Assembly (NCBI GenBank): GCA_964187785.1
Contig: OZ076409.1
Span: 58,592,001-58,656,000, forward strand
Source of the DNA: Amphiscolops sp. MND2022
Lineage: Eukaryota
Direction of reading: 5' to 3'
DNA: 64,000 nucleotides
Shown here: positions 47,978 to 61,203 of the stretch, in pieces
Layout: the number at the start of each line of letters is the position of its first letter
Numbering within the stretch: the stretch's first letter is position 1
Program-made: the position numbers and the translations under genes
The notes under the pieces: generated by a model
Told to the model about the DNA's origin: nothing
Databases searched by the model: none
What the model saw: only the letters and a program-made list of their open reading frames with translations

Positions 47978-48425
47978 AACAAGACGGGAACGTTCCAAGT
48001 CGGCGCCATATCTAAGGCTCAAAAATATTCAAGGAACAGCTATTGGAAACATTTGGAAAACATTTTTTTCAAAAGTAAAACGCACAATGCCGAAAAACTC
48101 AAAAAGGCCATTTAGGCTCAATAAACGTTTTTACAAATCGAAAAAATGCAAGGGGTACCCTTTGATAGAAAAAAAAGTCGCATAGTGCCGAAGAAAACCC
48201 AAACGGGGGACCCTTTGGTCTCGCCTCTACTTTTGGAAGCATAAAAAAATTGTAGTTTAGTGCGAGAATCGAACCCTTGATCTCCTGCTTCTCAGAAAAC
48301 TAGTTGAACAAATGAACAAAAGATTGTAAAAATGTGGACCATTCAGGGTGAGATTGTCAGCTGAAAAAACTACCCTTTGTAATGGTCGGGCTCTTTTCCT
48401 TAAGAGAAAAGCCGCCGACGAAAAA
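47978..48425 (-). mobile_element. Family A Helentron-like element
   Basis: AACAAGACGGGAACGTTCCAAGTCGGCGCCATATCTAAGGCTC ... GTAATGGTCGGGCTC..AAAAGCCGCCGACGAAAAA. Confidence 0.7.
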
Positions 48426-48686
48426 CCTTATCAACTGAGGACAGAGAAAGACCCAATACCTGAGACCATAGAAATATCAAAGTATACATAAATATTGAAA
48501 CAGTTTAGCAACTAAAAGAGACCGAGAAAGACTTAATACCTGAGCTCATTGGTGAACCATTAAATCCTTATTTTTCCTCAAGACTGAGTTTTTCAGTTTT
48601 GAGACAGAAACTTGCCAGTTTTTATTTTCTCCGTTTCAAAACGCTTCTCATGCGCTTTAGATTTCAGCGATGATGAAAAAGTGATG

Positions 48687-50040
48687 AACAAGACGCTCGC
48701 TGACCAGCGGGATATTTTCTGCCCCAAAATGCTCTACTACGACATAATCTTGAGGCTCAAGAGTAGCCAGCGCACTATGAAAATGCAAAGAAATTTCAAG
48801 GAATTAAAAATTAGACAATTTTTGATTCATCTTATCCGAATTTTAAAGGAAACGCCTGATTCAAGAAAACGCTGAAAACCGAATTGCTTTGTTGAAGTAA
48901 TTGAATGCAAATACCTACCAGGTTTTTATATGTATATAGTCACAAATTAGCATCAAAAAGTTTCAAAACTTCGAAAAGATTTGATGTTTTCCACTCCTTT
49001 AGGTTATTTGACGCGCTCTTCAAACAAATAGCCTGTACATGTCCTTTCCACAATGCCTACCTGATACCATATTCAGTCGATGGTGAACTATTACATTGTA
49101 ACACGGAATAGCTCGAAAAAACTTTACTCGAAAAATTGCATGAAAACGTCAAACTTTTGTGTTTTTAGGGGCATTCATGCATATTATACTACCTGGGAAA
49201 GTGCAAAAATTTCTTTTGAAAGGTGCACTGCATATATCGCTGTTTCGTTTGGAGCCTATTCAAGAGTAAATGTTTTACAAAAAGAAATCAAAAATACCTT
49301 TTCAAGGACTCTGAAAATTTTTTTGCAGTAGTCCAATTTCTTCCAGAAACTTGTACTGGTAGCTACATTCTTTCTCACCCTGAGCCATGTGTTTTCTAAT
49401 TTAGGAAAACACTCGGTACATATCAAAAATTCGGAGCATGTCGATGAATGAAGCTTCGCAATTTGAATCCTTTGGTAAACGTCATGAACGCTGCATAAAA
49501 CGTCAAAAACTTGTCAAAAATTTGTTGATAACTTTTGGTAAATCGGATGAAATTTTCTTCCATAAAAATTGCAAAGTTTTAAAAACGCGCTGCCGAACTA
49601 GTTGTATCGTCTGGATCTTTTTGAAGTTTTCCCTCACCAATGTGTTCTATTTTCGGATAAAAAATTTCTAAAGTTTCATATTTTTGACCAATTTGGATTC
49701 ATTTTGATAAGTTACAAGAAACCGCTTTTTTTTCAACGAGCTCACTTGATACGTCTTTTTGTTGTTGAATGTTTTTACTGTACTAGCGCACTAACTTTTT
49801 CGACAACGTTGCAAAATCTGCAGAATAAATCGTCAAAGTTTGGAAACTTCCGGGGTTTTGACTGTTTTGGTCAATTAGTGTATTGTAATATTCTTCTCGA
49901 AAACTGCGAACTTTCCCTTGAGAGGCGTACTGCTTGGCTAGATATTTAGTTCCAAACCTCTAAAACTTTCAATATACGAAATTTTCTCCAACAATGCTCA
50001 AAAAGTCTATAAAAGTGTCAAATTGATGTTTTTGACTTTT
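48687..50040 (-). mobile_element. Family B repeat, inverted relative to 36880-38453
   Basis: Starts AACAAGACGCTCGCTGACCAGCGG. 49560-49640 is the reverse-complement homologue of 37240-37325. Confidence 0.55.
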
Positions 50041-51137
50041 TTTGGTCAATATGAACGATTTTCTGACATGCCGATCTCTTCAAAAAGCTCATTTGAGAAC
50101 AATTTTGATCATTTTTCAAGTTTTTCAACATTCTTACTGCAAAACTTTTGGTCACATTCACAAAAATAACTTGAAACACGATAGAAAAACGTTATTTTTT
50201 TTTCATTTGGAGTCATTAGGAAGTGATTTTGAATCAAAGTGATTTGACGAAGGTGTACTGGATACCTTGTTCTTTCGTCTTTGAACGTTTTGAACCCACT
50301 AACCCAAGTAAGCGCTCTAAAATTGTACACAAGTTGTATGAAAAACTATAAAAACGGGAAAGTTATGGATTTTTGGCAAGGTTGTCATGTTTTAAAACAT
50401 GTTTTAAAACACATACCAATAAAACATGTTTTAAAACACCCATAAAAAACATTGTTTAAAACAATTTACGTGCAATCATCTTTTTCAGGTTGAAATGGTC
50501 GAAAAGAAGACCAAATTAGGCTTTTTCAAAAAAATTGAAACCGATGGAAGAACCAGAGCGCAATGTCAGGATTGTTTCGAAGATATTGTGCCACTGGCAA
50601 GCTTCGAAGCAATTTGGACGCCCAAAAAGCCGGCAAAATGGCCTTTCTCTACCGGCAACTGAACTCAGCTTGAATGAATTGCTTCATTTTGTGATGCTTA
50701 TGTTCTATGTGTCGCTGAAAAATAAAAAAAACATAAAATACAAAAAAAAACTTTTTTTCGATAAAAAACATGTATAATTGTTTTTTTAGATAAAAAACGT
50801 TTTTTTGACAACCCTGATTTTTGGTAATTTTCGGGGTTGAATTTGAGGCATAATGCAATATAGTTCGGATGTAACGTCAAAAAATCGTATGTAGCGCAGT
50901 AATTGGGATCTTTCGCGTCCTCCTTAGTGAAAACCAAATTTCTTCATGAATGAACATATTTTCCGCATGGATGAACATATTTCCTGCACGAGTGAACAAA
51001 GTGGTGTAGAAAGTGGAGATCCAGCAAAAATTGGAAAAAAAACGCAACAGAATATACCTTCCTCCCCTTTGTAGAGGAAATTTGAGACGATTTTTTGGTG
51101 TTCCTGATTTATTTCTAGCCGTTTTTCATCTCCCAAA

Positions 51138-54100
51138 GGGACTCAGTGTCACTATGTTCTGAAGACAGCGTTTCCTCGATGTTTTGTATTTCTGGGATAA
51201 CTCTATCACTGATTGCAGAGCTTATGGCCCTGTTAATTTGAGAATGCATCGTGACATCGAGGAATCAATTTCTGAGAAAGTCTCATATTTCTATGTTTTG
51301 AGAAGATCTTTATGGACTCTGCGAAAATGTCCTTCCTGGGAATTACACTCTCAGTCTTATAATCCCTGATCTCATTTTCTTGTGGTGAATTTTATTTATT
51401 GTTGAAATGTTAGTGTCATTTTTACTGGTATAACCAATAATAGTATTTGCCAATTTCTTTTCGATTGGGTTTGAATTTTCATCACCTAGGATCACATCCA
51501 TGTTTTCGAAGTCAGACAATAAATCCATTTCTTTTAATTTTCTAGCTTTCGCTTTCTGTCTCCTAATGGAAGGCATATAAGATTATGCAAAAGGAAAAAT
51601 TTATTGTTCTTGTAACGTGGTTCGTTTGGACTGTATTTCAGGTAAATGTTTTACAATTGTCTCGAGGCCTTCGTGTCCCGGGTATAAATACCCAAGCCAG
51701 CATGACACTCGTATTTTCCATGATCATCAAGTTATAAATAGATCAAGATATTGCTGTAAATAGCCTTACATAAATCTAAATATAGCGACGTCATGTTACT
51801 AAAAAGTTTCAAAGCAACAAAACACCGCCTTGTCGTATTAGGACTAGAGACTGCGTGAATTGCTAATGACGTCACTCAGGACGCATATTATAACTGCATT
51901 CACTTTTCACGATATTTTACATGACAACTAATATGAACGTAACATCACATGTATTTGCATGTTTCATGATATACGGCCATGAGGGACAATTTAATCACAT
52001 ATCTAAACATAGGTTTTTCTACATTTGAAAATATTTCGAAAAACAAAACTTCGAAAGCACAGGTTAGTTTTCATTTTGTCCACTTAGTCAGAGTCCAATT
52101 AAACATCTGAACTAGGAGAAAGTTACAGTAAAGGCACTCAATTTCTGGAAGGACGGCATGTCCTTTGTTGAATGTCTATTTTGTATAATTAGGACGGGCA
52201 CGGCGCAAAGACTCAGTCAGCAGCGCTGGCAGATTAAAACAATCCTTTTGGTTCTGGCAATTTTGCACTGTGATTGGATGACAGCAATTTGGACACTTAG
52301 TCCGCCGCGTCAAGCGAGCAGGCATTTGAACTTGTTTCCTTCTCATTTGTGGGTTTAGTGTCAAGTATCCGTATTAAATTAATAGATGAATATAATAGGA
52401 ATGACTAACAGTTTACATATTAATACAAATCAACAATGTAAAATAGGTAGTTGATTAGGAAACGGATAATTCAGTTCGATGAAATTGTATTTGGCCAGGT
52501 CCGCTGGTAGTTGTGGCTTATCGAAGAAATGTTCCCGTCACAGGTGGCTGCTTGGGACAATACGTTACAACCGGTTGCCGTTATATTGGAAAAAGCAAGA
52601 GCGTCTCGCTTTTGTCTAGGGTGCTTTTGTCTGGTGTCCAATGCTTTATCAACTTGAAACTAACAAAGAAAACTCGGGAAACTAACAACTTGAGAACTGA
52701 AAAAGAAAACAATGTCAAGAGAGGACTTTTTGAGTTGACGTCCCAATTAAGGGAATTTTGAGAATTGCTCAGGACTTTTTATTGAAAAACAAGCCGAGAA
52801 CGGCCAAAGTCGGCGCCATATCTAAGGCTCAAAATTGAAAAGGGGGGACCCACTTGTTCTATCATTCCTATCCTTCCTGATTGTTATTAGACGAACGGGA
52901 CTCAGTGTCACTATGTTCTGAAGACAGCGTTTCCTCGATGTTTTGTATTTCTGGGATAACTCTATCACTGATTGCAGAGCTTATGGCCCTGTTAATTTGA
53001 GAATGCATCGTGACATCGAGGAATCAATTTCTGAGAAAGTCTCATATTTCTATGTTTTGAGAAGATCTTTATGGACTCTGCGAAAATGTCCTTCCTGGGA
53101 ATTACACTCTCAGTCTTATAATCCCTGATCTCATTTTCTTGTGGTGAATTTTATTTATTGTTGAAATGTTAGTGTCATTTTTACTGGTATAACCAATAAT
53201 AGTATTTGCCAATTTCTTTTCGATTGGGTTTGAATTTTCATCACCTAGGATCACATCCATGTTTTCGAAGTCAGACAATAAATCCATTTCTTTTAATTTT
53301 CTAGCTTTCGCTTTCTGTCTCCTAATGGAAGGCATATAAGATTATGCAAAAGGAAAAATTTATTGTTCTTGTAACGTGGTTCGTTTGGACTGTATTTCAG
53401 GTAAATGTTTTACAATTGTCTCGAGGCCTTCGTGTCCCGGGTATAAATACCCAAGCCAGCATGACACTCGTATTTTCCATGATCATCAAGTTATAAATAG
53501 ATCAAGATATTGCTGTAAATAGCCTTACATAAATCTAAATATAGCGACGTCATGTTACTAAAAAGTTTCAAAGCAACAAAACACCGCCTTGTCGTATTAG
53601 GACTAGAGACTGCGTGAATTGCTAATGACGTCACTCAGGACGCATATTATAACTGCATTCACTTTTCACGATATTTTACATGACAACTAATATGAACGTA
53701 ACATCACATGTATTTGCATGTTTCATGATATACGGCCATGAGGGACAATTTAATCACATATCTAAACATAGGTTTTTCTACATTTGAAAATATTTCGAAA
53801 AACAAAACTTCGAAAGCACAGGTTAGTTTTCATTTTGTCCACTTAGTCAGAGTCCAATTAAACATCTGAACTAGGAGAAAGTTACAGTAAAGGCACTCAA
53901 TTTCTGGAAGGACGGCATGTCCTTTGTTGAATGTCTATTTCGTATAATTAGGACGGGCACGGCGCAAAGACTCAGTCAGCAGCGCTGGCAGATTAAAACA
54001 ATCCTTTTGGTTCTGGCAATTTTGCACTGTGATTGGATGACAGCAATTTGGACACTTAGTCCGCCGCGTCAAGCGAGCAGGCATTTGAACTTGTTTCCTT

Positions 54101-54608
54101 CTCATTTGTGGGTTTAGTGTCAAGTATCCGTATTAAATTAATAGATGAATATAATAGGAATGACTAACAGTTTACATATTAATACAAATCAACAATGTAA
54201 AATAGGTAGTTGATTAGGAAACGGATAATTCAGTTCGATGAAATTGTATTTGGCCAGGTCCGCTGGTAGTTGTGGCTTATCGAAGAAATGTTCCCGTCAC
54301 AGGTGGCTGCTTGGGACAATACGTTACAACCGGTTGCCGTTATATTGGAAAAAGCAAGAGCGTCTCGTTTTTGTCTAGGGTGCTTTTGTCTGGTGTCCAA
54401 TGCTTTATCAACTTGAAACTAACAAAGAAAACTCGGGAAACTAACAACTTGAGAACTGAAAAAGAAAACAATGTCAAGAGAGGACTTTTTGAGTTGACGT
54501 CCCAATTAAGGGAATTTTGAGAATTGCTCAGGACTTTTTATTGAAAAACAAGCCGAGAACGGCCAAAGTCGGCGCCATATCTAAGGCTCAAAATTGAAAA
54601 GGGGGGAC
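51138..54608. repeat. Tandem duplication, 1759-bp period (51138-52849 and 52897-54608, 47-bp unique spacer)
   Basis: ORF pairs are offset by exactly 1759. I saw only two substitutions (52182/53941 and 52609/54368). Confidence 0.95.
51300..51900 (-). mobile_element. Gypsy-like leader and gag N-terminus (third family); duplicated at +1759
   Basis: MPSIRRQKAKARKLKEMDLLSDFENMDVILG is preceded by the same ATGCTG / GGTAT-hairpin leader motif as the other gag starts. Confidence 0.5.
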
Positions 54609-55063
54609 TCTTCGGGCTTTGTGAAACTCCAGCTGGTTGCAAAAAATGAAAAAAAAATTGAAGGGGGGACCCTTTGGGGACATGAAAAAATTTTGAAAAA
54701 AAATTTTTCAATGAGATTTTTGAACAGTGTCACAGTGCCGAAAAATGTAAAAGGGGGACCCTTTGCGATTTTTTGACATCCATTGTGTTGCAAAATATAG
54801 AAACAAATGAAGGGGGGACCCTTTGGTGCAATCCAAAAAGTTTCAAAAAGTCTCATAGTGCCGAAAAAAAGTGGGGCTATGGGGGATCCTTAGTGTGTTT
54901 TCGATGTTCTGGACGTCTGTTTTGTTTTTTCTTTTCGTTTTGGACGCGCTTCTGAGGTTGGAGTTGTTGAACAAATGAACAAAAAAGTGGACCTGACGCG
55001 TCTAAAAAAACTACCTACTGTAATAGTCGGGCTCATTTTCTACTAAAATGCGCCGACTAAAAA
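54547..55063 (-). mobile_element. Family A Helentron-like element (intact termini)
   Basis: AACAAGCCGAGAACGGCC hairpin, AAGTCGGCGCC subterminal repeat, right end ATAGTCGGGCTCATTTTCTACTAAAATGCGCCGACTAAAAA. Confidence 0.75.
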
Positions 55064-55343
55064 CACGTCGAAACACCCAGAAGGAGCCTTTAATGCTCGG
55101 AAAACACTTCAAAAAATCGAATATAGCCTGCTGAATGGGAGCGCTTTTTGAACCTCCACCTCCTCAGTAAAATGCAATTTATTTCGGGCATAACGTCAAA
55201 TTCGGATATAGCGCAATATTTTTGTATCTCCTTGTTCGTGGTAAGTGGAACGCAACTCAGTTCGGATACAACGTCAAATATTTGGATATTTTTGGGCTAC
55301 GGCCGCCGTAGGTACAGTCTGAGATTCTCAACTGACAAAGAAG

Positions 55344-55984
55344 AACAAGATGTGACCGTCTAAAGTCGGCGCTATATCTAAGGCTCAAAGAGCTCAGTTT
55401 TTAAAATATGCGTAGGACGTTTTCAGGAAAAACTCCTGTTTTCGAACCTCCAACTCCTTAATGAAAGACAATATAGTTCGGATATAACGTCAAAAGTTCG
55501 GATATAGCGCTTCACTTCGGATATCAGGTCGAAAACTCGGATAGTATTGAAAACAAATATTGGTATATATTGACAAAACCTAACATCAGACAAAAATCAG
55601 AATTTTGAAACAGTCTCATAGTGCCCAAAAGTCTGAAAGAGGAACCATTCGGGTTTTTTTAACATTGCTTTTGCTGCAAAATATCAAAAAACTAGAAGGG
55701 GACCCTTTGGAGACTCTAAAAAATTTTCAAAAAAGGCTCATTGCGCCAAAAAAATCGTAAGGGTGGCCCTTTAGCCTAGTCCGGCTTGGTAGGCTACTTT
55801 CAAAAAGTAAAAAAAGGAAAGGGGGACCGTTCACACTAAGTTTTTGTTGGCCGGATTTGGCCTGAGTAGTTTTAGTAGTTTCTTTAAAAAGTGAACCAAT
55901 CAGTGTGAGGTCCGTGGCCTGGAGAAAAAAATGTCACTGTAAGAGCCTGGCATTTTTTGCTTCACAAAATGCACCGACTAAAAA
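55344..55984 (-). mobile_element. Family A Helentron-like element
   Basis: AACAAGATGTGACCGTCTAAAGTCGGCGCTATATCTAAGGCTC ... AAATGCACCGACTAAAAA. Confidence 0.65.
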
Positions 55985-56319
55985 CAAGAGACAAGGGGCC
56001 TGCATTTTGATCTAGAGAAATGTACTTTCTGTAATTCTACTTCTTGCCAAGGTTTTCACCAAAAATTTCATGAAAATGCAAGGTTCTTATCAAGAGTTTT
56101 GAGAGTTTTTACACTGGGTTGGCTTTCAGTTTTTCCAAAATCGCAATTATTGTCACGGAAGTTGAAAACACCTACCCGGCCACTTCCTTGGACAAAAAAG
56201 AAGCATTTTTCATCTTTTATTGGAACATTTCACTTGATAAAAACATTGCGTTGTCTTCACGGTTATAGTTTGCTGAGCTCCATAGTCCTCTTAAAATTGT
56301 CCTCTTTAAAATAGTCCTC

Positions 56320-57790
56320 TTAGTTTGCTGACGACAAGGAGACTTTTGCCAAGTATTTAGCACCATTCCTCACGTAGAAATGAGGTTCTTAGTGTGGCAT
56401 TGGTTACGACTCATTCATTATCTTTGTCGTTGACACGATGTTTGTAGTCAGCACATATCGAAGAAATCGATCTCTTTTTCTATGCTATACTACAGGGGAA
56501 GCCCTATGCACCCGACTTGGCACTACCTTGCCTTCGACTTCTAATTTTTCTAACTCTCTTTTCACGTGTTCACGCCATGCTAACGGAACTTTCCAAGCAC
56601 GACGAAACAAAGGTTTCGTTCCTTGCTTCACTTTCATTTCAACAGATTGCCCTTTCACAACTCTTGGCGGAGAGATAATTTTCGAATTGTCTACTCGATT
56701 GATATATGATTGATTGCCAAGTGTTATATATCGTCCGATTGAACCGGTTAAACCGCTTTCCAGATTTGATTACGACAACCTAATGGTCATGAATGTGATC
56801 TGGAGTCCTATTCAAGACCTGAAAATGCAAGAATGTTATGAACCATAACTTTCGAAGAACCATTCAAACCTTGCTTTCACTGGTTTCGTTTATAGCGAAT
56901 AGCAACTGCAGCACAATCAAGGTGTGGATAGTGTGATGGATAGATTACACTGATTGAATAACGTTGAATATATTGATAAATCATCTTTCGATTGTGAAAC
57001 GCTTCTTTGTGGGGGCATTGTCGATAGTATATTACTGCGATATCTTCGTTGAAAACAGATAGTCAGTTCAATGGCCCCAAAAATTTAATACATTCTTTTA
57101 GTTTCCGTTTAAGCTTGCCAATTATTTCCCTAAGCAAGTCGTATTCGAGTAGGATTGTTGTTCTGATAAACCGTTTGAAGAAATCAAACATAGTTGTGAA
57201 CTCATTTTCCTAGAGAAAAGATTAAATCCTATTGCTATTTAAGAACATCTTTTTGACATTTGATATGAAAAAGAAAACAGAGAAAGTCAGAAAAGAACGC
57301 TCAATTTCGCGTGTAATAATAGGTTAGCGAGAAGCATTCGAACATTAACATGACCATTGGATTCTTTCAAATGTAAATTTATATGATTATAAAAAGTATC
57401 AATGAATCCTGCTTGGGAATTCTGGAGACATCAATAGTTTTTCAACATCGTTATGACACTTATATGTGATAATGTTAGGTTCAGTCGTTTGAAGCGTAGG
57501 ACCCAAATTGCCAAGATTGTTTCGAATTGGATATGTCACACTTTTCAATTATCGCTTCACTGTTGTCATTGTAGCTCAAGCAATTTTGCAGGTTCGTTAA
57601 AGGGCGTATACTCGTTTTTGGTCCATCGTGAGTCCATTTCTGCTGATCATTTCTCGAACAAGTAAGCAACGCCACCTTCACGGTGGAGTAGGTTGTCAGT
57701 TATTGGAACATCATTTTCTAGATGCATATCTATCTATTTAGAGGCGTCTTAAGGAATATCGTCTAAAAGTGTTTCGGGAATAACATCTAA
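56320..57790 (-). pseudogene. Heavily decayed Gypsy gag/pol fragment (RT N-terminus); duplicated at ~59104-60575
   Basis: Minus-strand translation gives VEMKVKQGTKPLFRRAWKVPLAWREHVKRELEKLEVEG..ASPVV..K......CADYK..VN, typical of the Ty3/Gypsy RT start. Confidence 0.65.
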
Positions 57791-58127
57791 AGGAATAATA
57801 TCGAAAATAGTCGGGCTCATTTTCTACTAAAATGCGCCGACTAAAAACACGTCGAAACACCCAGAAGGAGCCTTTAATGCTAGGAAAACACTTCAAAAAA
57901 TCGAATATAGCCTGCTGAATGGGAGCGCTTTTTGAACCTCCACCTCCTCAGTAAAATGCAATTTATTTCGGGCATAACGTCAAATTCGGATATAGCGCAA
58001 TATTTTTGTATCTCCTTGTTCGTGGTAAGTGGAACGCAACTCAGTTCGGATACAACGTCAAATATTTGGATATTTTTGGGCTACGGCCGCCGTAGGTACA
58101 GTCTGAGATTCTCAACTGACAAAGAAG

Positions 58128-58768
58128 AACAAGATGTGACCGTCTAAAGTCGGCGCTATATCTAAGGCTCAAAGAGCTCAGTTTTTAAAATATGCGTAGG
58201 ACGTTTTCAGGAAAAACTCCTGTTTTCGAACCTCCAACTCCTTAATGAAAGACAATATAGTTCGGATATAACGTCAAAAGTTCGGATATAGCGCTTCACT
58301 TCGGATATCAGGTCGAAAACTCGGATAGTATTGAAAACAAATATTGGTATATATTGACAAAACCTAACATCAGACAAAAATCAGAATTTTGAAACAGTCT
58401 CATAGTGCCCAAAAGTCTGAAAGAGGAACCATTCGGGTTTTTTTAACATTGCTTTTGCTGCAAAATATCAAAAAACTAGAAGGGGACCCTTTGGAGACTC
58501 TAAAAAATTTTCAAAAAAGGCTCATTGCGCCAAAAAAATCGTAAGGGTGGCCCTTTAGCCTAGTCCGGCTTGGTAGGCTACTTTCAAAAAGTAAAAAAAG
58601 GAAAGGGGGACCGTTCACGCTAAGTTTTTGTTGGCCGGATTTGGCCTGAGTAGTTTTAGTAGTTTCTTTAAAAAGTGAACCATTCAGTGTGAGGTCCGTG
58701 GCCTGGAGAAAAAAATGTCACTGTAAGAGCCTGGCGTTTTTTGCTTCACAAAATGCACCGACTAAAAA
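58128..58768 (-). mobile_element. Family A Helentron-like element (duplicate of 55344-55984)
   Basis: Same termini, inside the second 2784-bp unit. Confidence 0.65.
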
Positions 58769-61054
58769 CAAGAGACAAGGGGCCTGCATTTTGATCTAGA
58801 GAAATGTACTTTCTGTAATTCTACTTCTTGCCAAGATTTTCACCAAAAATTTCATGAAAATGCAAGGTTCTTATCAAGAGTTTTGAGAGTTTTTACACTG
58901 GGTTGGCTTTCAGTTTTTCCAAAATCGCAATTATTGTCACGGAAGTTGATAACACCTACCCGGCCACTTCCTTGGACAAAAAAGAAGCATTTTTCATCTT
59001 TTATTGGAACATTTCACTTGATAAAAACATTGCGTTGTCTTCACGGTTATAGTTTGCTGAGCTCCATAGTCCTCTTAAAATTGCCCTCTTTAAAATAGTT
59101 CTCTTAGTTTGCTGACGACAAGGAGACTTTTGCCAAGTATTTAGCACCATTCGTCATGTAGAAATAAGGTTCTTAGTGTGGCATTGGTTACGACTCATTC
59201 ATTATCTTTGTCGTTGACATGATGTTTGTAGTCAGCACATATCGAAGAGATCGATCTCTTTTTCTATGCTATACTACAGGGGAAGCCCTATGCACCCGAC
59301 TTGGCACTACCTTGCCTTCGACTTCTAATTTTTCTAACTCTCTTTTCACGTGTTCACGCCATGCTAGCGGAACTTTCCAAGCACGACGAAACAAAGGTTT
59401 CGTTCCTTGCTTCACTTTCATTTTAACAGATTGCCCTTTCACAACTATTGGCGGAGAGATAATTTTCGAATTGTCTACTCTATTGATATATGATTGATTG
59501 CCAAGTGTTACATATCGTCCGATTGAACCGGTTAAACCGCTTTCCAGATTTGATTACGACAACCTAATGGTCATGAATGTGACCTGGAGTCCTATTCAAG
59601 ACCTGAAAATGCAAGAATGTTATGAACCATAACTTTCGAAGAACCATTCAAACCTTGCTTTCATTGGTTTCGTTTATAGCGAATAGCAACTGCAGCACAA
59701 TCAAGGTGTGGATAGTGTGATGGATAGATTACACTGATTGAATAACGTTGAATATATTGATAAATCATCTTTCGGTTGTGAAACGCTTCTTTGTGGGGGC
59801 ATTGTCGATAGTATATTACTGCGATATCTTCGTTGAAAACAGATAGTCAGTTCAATGGCCCCAAAAATTTAATACATTCTTTTAGTTTCCGTTTAAGCTT
59901 ACCAATTATTTCCCTAAGCAAGTTGTATTCGAGTAGGATTGTTGTTATGATAAACCGTTTGAAGAAATCAAACATAGTTGTGAACTCATTTTCCTAAAGA
60001 AAAGATTAAATCCTATTGCTATTTAAGAACATCTTTTTGACATTTGATATGAAAAAAAACAGAGAAAGTCAGAAAAGAACGCTCAATTTCGCGGGTAATA
60101 ATCGGTTAGCGAGAAGCATTCGAACATTAACATGACCATTGGATTCTTTCAAATGTAAATTTATATGATTTTAAAAAGTATCAATGAATCCTGCTTGGGA
60201 ATTCTGGAGACATCAATAGTTTTTCAACATCGTTATGACACTCATATGTGATAATGATAGGTTCAGTCGTTTGATGCGTAGGACCCAAATTGCCAAGATT
60301 GTTTCGAATTGGATATGTCACACTTTTCAATTATCGCTTCACTGTTGTCATTGTAGCTCAAGCAATTTTGCAGGTTAGTTAAAGGGTGTATACTCGTTTT
60401 TGGTCCATCGTGAGTCCATTTCTGCTGATCATTTCTCGAACAAGTAAGCAACGCCACCTTCACGGTGGAGTAGGTTGTCAGTTAATGGAACATCATTTTC
60501 TAGAGGCATATCTATCTATTTAGAGGCGTCTTGAGGAATATCGTCTAAAAGTGTTTCGGGAATAACGTCTAAAGGAATAATATCGAAAATTCATTGTCTT
60601 AAGATTGTGAATGAGCATGACTTGGCTTTAGTCGTTATGCCTGAGAAGTTATTCTTTGGACGTTATTTCCGCTTGCAATCATTTTCTAACATTCAATTTT
60701 TCTTATTTTTTCAATTCAAAATAGAAGCTCTCAGACATTAAGAGTGACACTATGTTTGGAAAGGAATAACGATTGAAAATATAACTGTTTTTAGACTGTT
60801 TCTTTGAAGGACACAAAAGAAACTGATGGAATTTGCTAGGAACAAAGCATAGGCATCAAACAGCTGACAAAATTTGTGCAAATCAAAAAACTTCAGTAAT
60901 TTTCTCCTGGATTCCGGATTAACGGTGATCCCCTTACCAGCAGGTATAAACATGTTCAAAATTGAAATGGTTTCAACTTAAGTTTTGCTAAAATTGAGAA
61001 ATTAAATCTGATGAATGCTTACACGAGATTTCGAAGACAAAAATACTGAAAACC

Positions 61055-61203
61055 CACTGTTGCTGAATCTGGCTGAAATTCTAAGCACCATATCTCGTTT
61101 ACCCGGATGTCGTTTTCATCTGTCCATTCAAAGTTTTGTGTTGTCCCGTTGTGACAATCATAATATAATTTCGGAAAGTAAGGGGGTTGCTGGTTCATAA
61201 TAT
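61055..61203 (-). CDS. GALNT ricin-B lectin exon
   Basis: After a TTGCAG acceptor: DIMNQQPPYFPKLYYDCHNGTTQNFEWTDENDIRVNEIWCL (CHxxxxQxF...IR...CL ricin repeat). Confidence 0.7.

Larger units (their letters stand above)
55022..60590. repeat. Tandem duplication, ~2784-bp period (55022-57805 and 57806-60590)
   Basis: ORF pairs are offset by 2784 and later 2782. Scattered substitutions and a small indel. AAT microhomology at the junction. Confidence 0.95.

Noticed and set aside
50385..50465. Palindromic CATGTTTTAAAACATG repeats
   Set aside because: Low-complexity AT-rich repeat within transposon-like DNA; no supportable function.
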